The translations under genes and the position numbers were made by a program. Below the pieces are notes generated by a model, which was not told the origin of the DNA, did no database searches, and saw nothing but the letters and a program-made list of their open reading frames with translations. A stretch of 64,000 nt of DNA, from contig MU058718.1 in the NCBI GenBank assembly GCA_013265495.1, positions 2,170,001-2,234,000 on the forward strand, in the 5' to 3' direction. Of this stretch, positions 53,868 to 64,000 are shown piece after piece. This DNA comes from Vicugna vicugna (Eukaryota). Within the stretch, counting starts at the first letter, position 1. Every line of letters starts with the position of its first letter.

Positions 53868-54070
53868 TAGAAGGCTGCCTGGGTTTGAATCCTTACTTGG
53901 CCACTTGATCTGCTGTGTGACCTTGGCCAAATCACTTAGCCCCTCCTTGTATCTTTTTTGTCATCCATAATAAGGAAATAGTGTGTACTTTATAAATTTT
54001 TTGTGAGGATTAAATGACTTTACTCATGTGTCTAGTCCATAGTAAATACTAGATAAGAATTAGCTGTTAA
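53868..54070 (+). mobile_element. MIR SINE
   Basis: CTGCCTGGGTTTGAATCC..GCTGTGTGACCTTGGCCAAATCACTTA..TTGTGAGGATTAAATGA. Confidence 0.8.
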
Positions 54071-54746
54071 TATAATAACATCTGAAATTCATCTAATCAT
54101 TTTTAAAAGTATACTTTTTGATATTTTTAGCATGTGAATATTTTAAGTGTTTTAAAACTTTAAATATAGTATTTGAAGTGCTTTAATAATCTGCTTTAGC
54201 TATAGCATTAATTACACTGAATTAATATAACTGTTGAACATAACTAATCATTGTAATGGTTTCATTTAAGTTTTCATGCCTTAAAAAATAGTATTCTTAG
54301 AATTAGTGAGTTGAATTCACATTTTTGTTGGCTCCCTTATTATAGTCATGATTTGAAAATGGCATTTTAAAATCATTTTGAAAGTTTCATGCATCTGTAC
54401 ATGTGTGTTGTGTATGTAGTATTAAACTTGGATAAATAATGCCAAACGCTCCATTTAAATTAAACATTTATTTGTTCAATTCATGTTTTAGAAAGCTTTT
54501 AAGGTCCATTACAAAGTGAAAGTATGTCATGATAAAAGCATTACAAATAAGGATAGTGAGGCAGCAGGGAATAAGGGTGCAAACATATGTCACTAGGTTT
54601 GTTTAGTCGCTTGATTATTTGTTGTTGCATACTATTTGGGCAAACTAATATAGTTGCTTCAGCTAAAAACTTGGGCTTTAATTTTAAAAATTCATCTTTC
54701 CTAAGGGTCAAGTCATAAAACATTCATAAAACATTTCTTATTTTAG

Positions 54747-54829
54747 ATTCTCCAAGTACCTCTGTGTTTCTTGAAGAACTGAATGAGGCTGTAAAACCTC
54801 TCCAGGACTATGGAATTTCAGTGGCAAAG
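54747..54829 (+). CDS. TXNDC16: TXNDC16 coding exon (83 bp)
   Basis: TTTTAG|ATTCTCC...GCAAAG|GTAGAA encodes (D)[27 protein letters not shown], in frame with the previous exon. Confidence 0.93.
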
Positions 54830-55606
54830 GTAGAAAAATATTTGTGTCGATAGATTAGTGACAAACATTTTACAACTATATGACCTAAGTTGAGTGTCTA
54901 AAAATACTGTGTTGTTTCACATCTTTTTCCAAACTGGAAAAACTTTTTTTTAACCTATTTTTTTTCATAAGAATAAATAGAAGTAGAGATAGTTCCAGAC
55001 TGTTGTATAATTAGTACATATCGAGGGGGAAAAAGGCTATTTAAAATTCTTTAGTTTAAAACTTTATTTTGTAAACCATTCTATTGGTGTCATTTTTCAA
55101 TCTTACATTTAGGCTTTTTTTTTTTTTTTTTGCCTGACAAATCTATAACAATTCAACTATTCACAATTCAACTATTTAAAAAATTTCTATTAGCACAAAC
55201 TGAGGTAACCAAAATTGAGGTAATTGAAGTATTTTTTTTCTTTTCTATTCTTCTAAGTCTTTATAATCCATTATGTTGTGGTTTCTCATACTTACAGAAA
55301 TGTTAAAATGACCTAATTTGATATATCATATTTATTTTTTTTTCCAAAAAGTGTTCAGATGTGCCCTGGAGTATTATGGCAAATGTCTACATGCACCGTG
55401 GGTTAGATAGCTACGTAAGCCTTTCATTTAGTTTAAACTTAGTGACTATTAAATTCTTTCTGATTAGTCTCTACCTGACTCTGTGTACATTTATTCTTTC
55501 TTAGTTCATTAGCCTTCCTCCCTTGAGAGATGCCTGCTGTCCCTCTTGGTCCCTGCAGCTAGAGTTCCCTGGGCAGGAAGCACAGAAAAGTTAACTAACT
55601 GTGACC

Positions 55607-56439
55607 TGTAGGGGGAAACTGGTCACTTTTGGCACAGAACACTTCTGATACCAAGTGTGTGCATTTCCCACACCAACTGTGACACTAAGAACCCAGAGTT
55701 AGCACAGACCCCACCAATTAAGTCCTGTGAGACTGCCTCTCCTTCTGGACGCCAGTCACAGGAGTGGGTCCCCAGGTTTCCTCCTACTTCTGTGGGACTT
55801 GGCTGCACACGGGGGCTCTCAGAACCCCTCCTCAGGCTCCATAATGTTCTCTAATAGCTCACAGAACTCCGGGAAAGACTTTACTTACTATTGCTGGCTT
55901 CTTAAAAAGACTATGTCTCAGGAACAGCCAAATGGAAGAGATGCCCAGGGCAGGGTCTGGAAGAGTCTCAAGAGCAGGAGTTTCTATCCTCGTGCAGTTT
56001 GGGGGGTGTCCTCCTCCTGGTACTTGGGTGTGTTTACTGTGAACTCTCCATACCCTGTTGTTTACGTATTTATGGAGGTTCCATTATGTAGGCATGATTG
56101 ATCAAATCATTGGCCACTGGTGTTTAACTCCATCTCCAGCCCTAAGGATTGGAGGAAGGTGCTGAAAGTTCCAACTCTCTAATCTTGCCTTTGCCTTACT
56201 GGCAACCAGCCCACATCCTGAGGCTGTCTACAGGCCCCCAGCCATCAGTCCTCTCATTAGGATAGAAACAGACCCTCATCACTCCCGAAGATTCCAATTT
56301 GGGGTTAAAGACCAAATATTAGAACAAAAGATACTCCTAGCACTCCTGTCAATTCAGGAAATCACAGAGTTTTAGGAGCTCTGTGTCAGGAACGAGGGGT
56401 GGAGACCAACTGTATCAATGTATTTCCTAGTATGTCACG
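55607..56439. mobile_element. Solo LTR, MER21-like
   Basis: TGTAGGGG..AACACTTCTGATACCAAGTGTGTG..CTCACAGAACTC..GGAACAGCCAAATGGAAGAGATGC..TTTTAGGAGCTCTGTGTCAGGAAC. Confidence 0.75.
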
Positions 56440-57309
56440 GGTTACAGACCTTGAGAAAATCTTTTTTTTTTTTAATGTCAATTCTGTTTGTATAGTGGCC
56501 TCTGTTAACTCTGAGCAACTGCTTATACTCTAGAATGATAATGGCTCTTATCTCTGAGGACGTCTGAATAAAATTTTAAACTGAAATTTAGAAATGAAAT
56601 AGTTGGTATGACACTCAAAAGGGGTAATCATGCTATTTATCTAGTAATGAGTAAACAACTAGTAACTGTGAGTCTAGTAATTGAAGTAGAGTATTAAGGT
56701 TCATCCCAGGGGTCAAATTGGGAACTACGAGTTCCTAAAGCTTTTACAGTTGAGGTCGAAGCTATGTGGATAGCAGACTGTGGTGGGACAGACCTGTACT
56801 GAGCACCTGGCTCTGCCCCTGGTACCTAGTAGATACTTAGTACTGTTGATGAGATTGAAATGGACTTACTATATTTAGTCTTTTATTGGATAGAGAGATA
56901 ACCAAGACCCAGTCTCTTTCTTTGGAGAGTATATTTCTGAAATAGGGGGGCTAAAACATATTCACAGACCATTTTAATAAGAGATAAAGGAAAGAAATCT
57001 TACAAGATTGTCAGGGTGGAAGGTCACATACGATATTGGGAAAGACTTCACAAAAAGTAGCATTTTGAGATTGTCTTCAGAAGTCAAGATTTCAGGAGGC
57101 AGAGGCAGGTGAAGAAAACACTGAAATACAAATGGATGAAATGTTCCAGGTAAGGAAAAGGCTGGGAACAGTAAAGAGACCCAATTTATGCCATTTAGAA
57201 ATGTGTCTTAATATGAAGGCTTTAGGAATCTGCAAGGTAACTGAAGGAAAAAGATGTATCTTTGAGAGTAATAACCAGAAGAAAGCTGGTATGCTTATAT
57301 TACTCTATC

Positions 57310-58110
57310 ATTTTTTAGACCTTAAAAAACCTCTGCATCATTCTTTCTATCATAACGAACCCATCAATAAGCCCTTCAGGTTCTACTATCAAAACTTTCC
57401 AAATCTGACCACTTCCTGTACCTTCACTTTTATCCTTTCCTTGTCCAAACCACCATCACTTCTCCTCTGGAAAACCACAATAGCTCCTCCTAGTACTTGG
57501 CCTTCCTCCTTTCGCTTTTGTCTCACCAAACCCTTCTCCACATATAAGTCAGAAGTGTCAGATCTCACTGCTACCCCCTCAGAAAGGCTTCCTGTTACAG
57601 CTCTGATGAAATCGAAACTCCTCATTCTTTGGACACTGGCTTCCTCTAGTCTCATTTTCTGTTCCTCCACTTTGCTCAGTTTGTTCCCAACACGTGCTGG
57701 TCATCTTTTTGTTACTTGAACCTGCTAAATGTGTATTTCCACAAAGCCTTTACAGGTGTTTTCCCCTCTGCTTAGAATTCATCTCTTCCACATACTTACA
57801 TATTTGTACGCATCACTTCATCACTTCAGTTCTTTGAGCAGTTACTCAACTACTGCAAATGTCACCTTCTTAGTGAAGCCTTCTTTGATTACTTATCTAG
57901 AAATATCCTATCATACACTATCTTAATTTTTTTTTCCTTCATAGCACTTAACATTACATACTAATTCATTTTTAAATGGTCTCTCTCTACTTTCAGAATG
58001 TAAGTTCTAAAGATAAAGATTTTAATTTGGAACTTAACTGTACTCTAAGGGATGAGAACAGGGACTAACATATGGTAGGTGTTCAAATACGTGTTGAATG
58101 GATGAATGGA
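57310..58110 (+). mobile_element. L2 LINE remnant
   Basis: Pyrimidine-rich body ending GTAGGTGTTCAAATACGTGTTGAATGGATGAATGGA; accounts for ORFs 57132-57719 and 57389-57670. Confidence 0.8.
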
Positions 58111-58699
58111 TAAATCTATTGTCATAATACCAACTATCCCCTATGCTCTGACTTTTAAAAATTCTTTAAAAATTATATACACTAAAATTCACTCTTTTTG
58201 GTTAAGACTGTACTCTGATTTTTAATTCTGATTCTCTATTCCTCATCTCTTTTCTGAGTATCAGTTCTCCTTTTGTAGCTTTTTAACAAAGAAATGTAGC
58301 TTTCCCAGTTGTCACGCTTCTTCCTCAAACTGTTAAAATTTACTGGAAAAACAGGAAAAAAGTGTCTTTAAAAAAACCCCCAAAACTTAACAAAGTGTAA
58401 AACAAAATACTGTTCTTCCAGCCTTACTGTTGGTAAGTTATGTTGGTGGCTCATCTAAAAACGTCTTCATCCTCTCTTTCCTTCCCTCCTCCGTCCCGTG
58501 CTACATATTACATGCTCGGTCTTCGCCCGAGCTTTACTTACTGTATTTGTGAAAAATCTCTTGAATCTCTTCTGTCCTTTTCTGCTTGACTTCAAGTGCC
58601 AGTCATCCCGACCTGTAGTGAGGTGACACTCTGTTAACCTGCTCCTTGCCTTTGTGCTCTCATGCCTTCCATTTTATCTTCATGTTGCTGCCAGGATTG

Positions 58700-59102
58700 G
58701 CCTTATGATTTTCTGAGTCCTGATTATACGCTGTCGAGGGCTGTTGTGGCTGCTCTGACATCATCAGGGCCTCAGGCTCATTCTTTCTGTTGCACTCTTC
58801 TTACAAGGGTTCCTTTTTTGAAGATGCCTTATGGTCCGTGATGACTGCTGGTGCCTACCTGTCTTGTCTGTGTCTTTGTTGGGAAGAAGTGGAAAGAGCA
58901 AGCGTATCAGTCAATCCCCTTTTAAAATCCTCCTGGGAATCCCAACCCAGTGACTTACCCTGACATCACTTAGCCATCCTTAGCTACTGGGGGAGTCTGG
59001 AACAGTCTTTTAGTGGGGCGCTTGCTTTTAGCAAAGTTCTGTTAGTGAAGCAAAAGGGGAGGAGGATGGATTTTGGGTAAGAAACCAGCAGTATCTGCCA
59101 TA
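58700..59102. mobile_element. MLT1-type (MLT1J-like) LTR
   Basis: CATCAGGGCCTCAGGCTC..TAGCTACTGGGGGAGTCTGGAA..GGATGGATTTTGGGTAAG..CAGCAGTATCTGCCATA. Confidence 0.65.
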
Positions 59103-59479
59103 CCAGCTACTGAGATGCTTTCACGGTCCCAACTTACCAGTCACGTCTGTGCTTCCTGGCTTTGGCTCATGATTTTTCTGTCCTGCCTTAATTGTTTCCT
59201 TCCTTTTCTACCTAGTTACCGCCTACTTGCTTCATATGATTAAATTAAATCTTAGGTAGAATTAAATATAACTCTTAGGTGTAGAAAGAGTTCCGTTCTC
59301 TAGGTTACCTCAAGCACTTGAAGAAGTGAGCGATTACAGGATACAAATCAGAAAGGAAAGTAAAATAAGTAATTTGACCTGGAGACAAACTGTAATGTTT
59401 AATTTTCTTTCTTGTTTCCCTAACCAAGAAACTTGACCTTTTGATGTAGACTTTAAACGCTAAATATAATCTTTCAAAG

Positions 59480-59553
59480 GTTAATTGTGTCACAGAAGAA
59501 ACATCAAGATACTGTGGAAAAGAAAAGGATTTGATGAAGGCATATTTATTCAG
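59480..59553 (+). CDS. TXNDC16: TXNDC16 coding exon (74 bp)
   Basis: TCAAAG|GTTAATTGT...TTCAG|GTAAAC encodes [24 protein letters not shown](R), containing a CX8C pair. Confidence 0.93.
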
Positions 59554-60368
59554 GTAAACTTTTTTTTTTTGAGTGGGATGGACAAATATAAAGCTATACT
59601 TCTAGAATATTCAAGTATACAGAATATCACTAAGCCAGACTAAAGTATGCAGTGGGGGGCATACGAAGCTTAGCAGAAAGTCCAGGTAATAGATTTGTTA
59701 CCTCCACTTTGCCTTCCTTTGATGTGAAATGAGGAGAGTAACACATACCTCACAGGGTTGTTTCAAATATCATGTGAGAATCTTATGTAAGTTCCGACTA
59801 CAAACGCCTGGTAAGTAAGCACTCAGCAAACTTAGTCTTCTCAGTAGATATGTTAGGTCTATATTTGGGTGTGAAATAAATGTTCCTTATTTTTGAGGGA
59901 TCTGCGGATGTCCAGGGTACAAATTCCCCCACACTTGGGTCTGCTGATCTGAGTTTTCTCAAAATCCTTTCCTCCAGCCCTTGGGATTTGGCCTGGGAAG
60001 TGAGGAGAGAACCTGTCTGCCCAGGGACCTACTGTTGAGGACACTTCCTTCTCTCTCCTACTTGTCCCCTTCCCAGCCCATCTGGGGACCCCATGTGCTG
60101 GGAGATGAGGAGGCTGGTAGGAAGCCTTGTTGGGGCTCATGGTTTTTTTTGAGTCATTTTGCTGGGCCCAGGGCCTAAGCTTTTCAAAGTCAATGCATTT
60201 ATGAGTGTATTTCAATAAGTATTGAGTGTACGTGGCCAGTAGGTACATGGGGTAATGGATAGAACATAGGTTTGAACACCAAAGAACTTTCAGCCTAGTA
60301 TGTTAGAGAGACAAGGGGATTGAATGCTAAGGAAATATTTCTGTAATGCTTTTTAAAACTTTTTACAG

Positions 60369-60443
60369 GGGCAACATATTACTCAGAGAATTCCCGACTG
60401 ATACCTTGTTTGATGTGAATGCCATCATTGCTCATGTTCTCTT
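60369..60443 (+). CDS. TXNDC16: TXNDC16 coding exon (75 bp)
   Basis: TTTACAG|GGGCAAC...CTCTT|GTAAGT encodes [24 protein letters not shown] and continues the frame. Confidence 0.93.
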
Positions 60444-63211
60444 GTAAGTACAGGGTTACCCATTCACTTACTCCCTTGTTATTTATCTGTCAGTTTCATT
60501 TTAGACAACCACAATCCATTATGATATCTTAGGGTCTTAACATTACATTTGTAGGAATCGGTTTCACACAAATTGCTGGTCTATCTTCTCACGTAGAGGG
60601 TCTAAAATTTTTTAAGTGGTGAGGGATGTGGAAATAGGATATTCTGTATAAAAGTAGAAGATGGTGCAGCATGCCACACGCGTCACACTGCTGCTCTTGC
60701 AGTGGAGTGAGGGTTCTATCTGTGCAGTGAGGATTTTACCAGGTAAGCAGCTCATCTTTGCTGTTCTCACCAGGGTTTTTAAAGCGTCTAGCTTCCTTTT
60801 CACCCCAGCCAGATTTTTTTTTTCTGGGGTCGGTGTCTACTCAGTAAGTGCAGAAACATTTCAAATGATCCCAGCACATACCTGAATGTTTATTGAGAGA
60901 GAGTGAAATTAATTTAACCTTCTTGGCATGGCATCTTCACGCCTGGGATCCAGACCTTCCTGGGGCCCATTCCTGCCGTCTCTCCCTGAGCGAAGTAGTG
61001 TTCTCTCTGGTCACAGAGCTGGAAGCCATGCCTTGTGAAGGACACAAGTTTACATAGACTTTTCCAATTTAACGTCGCCGTGGGTCTCTTGCCGCCTGAG
61101 ACCTTTGCTGATGTTGACTGTCTTTGTTGTCTGCGTGGCTCCCGTTTTCCTTCTCTTCTCCGACCCGATTCTCACAAAAATTGGGTGAAAGTTAAGTTAC
61201 AGGAAACTCAAAACTTACAGGTGAAAAGTTGTGGTTATCACTTTACAAATGGACACTTTTAAATGTTTCAGTACTAATAATATATTAATGAAATCCCTGA
61301 CAACCATGGGCCCTGAGGCCTGTGGGCTGAGCAGCCAGTTGTAAGGGGTCAAGGATGGCCTTTTGACGGAGGAATTCCAAAGAGCTGCTGGGCTTCCTTG
61401 GAAGCCCGTTCCTGGGATAGAAAAGCGGTGGCTGTCTTGAAGGTGGGGGTGTGGTGAGGGAGGTCATAAAAAGCTTAGCAGAAAGTCCAAGTCATAGATA
61501 CTTGTTCTCAGGAAGCTTATTAGCTTCTTCTCTTTTTCCAAGGGATACCCGATGTCTGTCTTTGACCCAAAAAGGAGGGTGAAGAAGCAGAGAAAAAAAG
61601 GTTCTTTAAGGGATGGGGGGAGGATCCTAAGATTGTCTTTGACAAGTTTGACAGCAAATCCTGGAGCGGCAGGGCCACGCTGAGCAACCTGATGACAAGG
61701 TGGTTTTGAAACAGTTGGGCCTTAGATGTGGAGAGGCTGTCTGTGCTGGGGACCCTGTTACCTGAACTGGTTAGCCTGTGGGGCTTGTGTCATTCGATCC
61801 TGCTGTGATGTCCTGTTCCCTGGGCTGTACTACTGGGGATTTACAGAACATGAATTCCACAAATAGGGTATTCCCCACGTTCCTGCCACGTGCCACGTGC
61901 CAGACATTTGTAAGGCATTGGAGATACAAAACAGAATGAGATGTGACTTCTTTTCTCTAGGAATTTGGGATTTTGTCACAGAGACAGAGAATATAAACAG
62001 AAAATGTTATGTAGGAAGTAAAATAGTAGAAGTATGTCCACACAAGGGCTTACGGGTCCACAGGGTAGGGCATAGTTCCTGGTGTGTCTAGAATGAAGGT
62101 GGGTATTTGTTAAGAAGGCTTCCTGAAGGATGTGGCACTTGGGATAAGCCTTAAAGGATGAGCAGGAGTTTGCTTGATGAAGAAATGGAAGGTGGAATAA
62201 GCAGGGGAAACTGTGAGCCCAGGCATGGAGGTTAGAGCAGTTGGGAGAGGGTAGTTTTTAGTGGAGTGTGACATGTGAAGCAGGAAATGAGAGCACAGAA
62301 GTAGGCAAGGGGTCCAAGGAAGGGATCTCTGTTCACCATGGGAAGAAGCTGAAGCTTTTGGGTAGCGACTGGAGGGTGAGGAGTCCAGCTCCGGGCCAGA
62401 ATCCTTGAGTGATCTTTCAGGCCCAACCACAGGCAGCTGCAGGCTTTGCCTGGCAGGCTTCATGGAGGGAAGGCGCCTGCCTACACAGACTTGGTGCATA
62501 GCCAGCGCATTGCAGTTTTCTAGAGGAAACGGAGGTCAGGGACTCAGGCCTCTACCCCATCTCAATCCCCCAGGCCATACATGTTCATGTATATATACCT
62601 GCCTTTATTTTATTTTTCACTTTTTAATAATATTTTATTGAAGAAAATGAATTTTAACAAAGCCAAATTTATCAGTTTTATCTTTCATGGTTAGTACTTT
62701 TTATGTCCAGTTTAAGAAATCTTTGTCAACCCCAAGAATATGATTTTCTTCTATATTTTATTTTAGACAGTTGACTATTTTATTTTTCCTGTATAGATCC
62801 ATGATTCACCTCAAATTAATTTTTATATACAGTGTGAGGTAGAGGTCAAGGTTTATTGTTTTTCCGTACAGGTAACCAGTTGCTCTGGTACTGTTACGCC
62901 TTCCTTTTAGCCCCAGGTGTCTCCTTTTGAGGCCTCATCATCAGGGACCTTGCCTGAGGCACCTCCCAGATGCATCTGCTAAGACCTCCTTATCAGGGAT
63001 CTTGGGCTGGGCACTTTTTTCACTTTGACTCTTACCTTTCTTCTCCTAGCCCTTCCCCCCTCCTCCACCCCCAAATTTCCCCAGCCCATGGGTCCATAAA
63101 GAGGCGGGAGCCATCTCTTTGGGGCTCCTGGGAGTGAGATGATTCCTGCACCCATTGACCCTGGCTTGGAGCTGTTCCGTGATGAAGGTGGGGAATGCAC
63201 TGTTGTGGAGC

Positions 63212-63769
63212 TGATACAGGAAAGTGGGGCATGAGAGGATGGCCATGTCCCAGGTCTCGGGCGAGTCCCTGGGATGTGCCCTGCAAAGTGAGGGCCCTTG
63301 GCTTCACACAGGAAAGAATTCAAGAGTGAGCCATAGCTGAGTAAAAGTAGATTTGTTCAGAGAGACGCATAATTCATAGAGTGCAGGCTATCTCAGAAGG
63401 CCGCAGAGGCCATGAGGTGTGGAGGAGGTGGTTAGATTTTATGGGCTCAGTAACATCATATGCTAATAAATGGGAGGATCATTCTGACTACTTTTGGGGA
63501 AGGGGTGGCATTTCCAGGAACTGGGCCACTGCCCACTTTCTGACCTTTTATGGTCAGCCTCGGAACTGTCATGGCGCCTGTGGAAGTGCCATTTTCCACT
63601 CCAGTATATTACAATGAGCATATAATGAAGCTCATAGGCTGCTGGGAGTCAGACCTCCCGCCATCGTGGGCCTCAAGGTCTACTGGGAGTTGAATCTTCT
63701 GCCATCTTGGTGCTAATTGCTGTGTCATTCCTTTAATGGTTGTGCCCTGCCCCGCTCCCTCCTGTCTCA
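63212..63769 (-). mobile_element. Solo ERV1-type LTR (558 bp) nested in an older LTR (~62892-63900)
   Basis: TG...CA termini with 4-bp TSD GAGC (63208-63211, 63770-63773); AGGAAAGAATTCAAGAGTGAGCC motif; flanking host sequence has AATAAA at 63818 and 63831. Confidence 0.8.
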
Positions 63770-64000
63770 GAGCCAGTGCCTCTCTTTTTGCCTCTTGTTT
63801 GCACTGTTCAGCAAGTGAATAAAGTAAGTGAATAAAGCCTTACTTGTTACTTTTAGTTTGGTTCTCTGTCCTAAATGACCACCTCAGCACCTAATTGCTC
63901 AACAGAGGGCTGTGGGCAGGTAAGTGATGTGATCACATTAGCACTTGAGAGCTCTTTCTGGTGGGCATGAGACAAATTTTTGTCCAAGTACAACTGTTGT

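Noticed and set aside
16814..55177. Short local duplications (~16814/16842, ~28335/28347, ~50357/50370, ~55148/55163)
   Set aside because: Two-copy slippage products with no array structure; not CRISPR-like and no sign of function.
57132..57719. 195-aa ORF
   Set aside because: Mostly overlaps a pyrimidine-rich L2 remnant; no recognisable protein or exon structure.
53615..60443. No CxxC active site in the TXNDC16 exons as a sign of gene decay
   Set aside because: ERp90 is known to lack the canonical CxxC motif; reading frame and splice sites are intact.
1..64000. Prokaryote-style novel system (CRISPR array, operon, defence island) or horizontally acquired insert
   Set aside because: The sequence is largely accounted for by two spliced mammalian genes, one CpG island and mammalian interspersed repeats; there is no repeat-spacer array or dense ORF cluster.

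Overview
Mammalian genomic DNA, AT-rich and repeat-dense. It is most likely camelid (alpaca/llama/camel), judging from three tRNA-derived SINEs resembling the camelid Vic-1 family. The window holds a head-to-head gene pair sharing one CpG island (~44.6-46.3 kb). GPR137C is on the minus strand, with coding exons 1-3 at 45241-44816, 15934-15891 and 14388-14160; the rest lies beyond the left edge. TXNDC16/ERp90 is on the plus strand, with putative 5'-leader exons near 45.9 and 52.8 kb and coding exons at 53615-53777, 54747-54829, 59480-59553 and 60369-60443; the rest lies beyond the right edge. All coding exons splice in frame with GT-AG junctions. The remainder is intronic and mostly transposon fossils: L1, L2, MIR, a near-full-length hAT/Charlie1-like element with TIRs and TSD, and ERVL/MaLR and ERV1-type LTRs, often nested. 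Almost all short ORFs in the track are repeat-derived noise. I see no convincing evidence of a wholly new biological system. The most interesting signal is the TXNDC16 5' leader. An L2 fossil appears to supply the acceptor and an open in-frame stretch before the start codon, and upstream ATGs become uORFs or N-terminal extensions depending on splicing. Repeat family names are by eye from recalled consensus sequences, not database searches.
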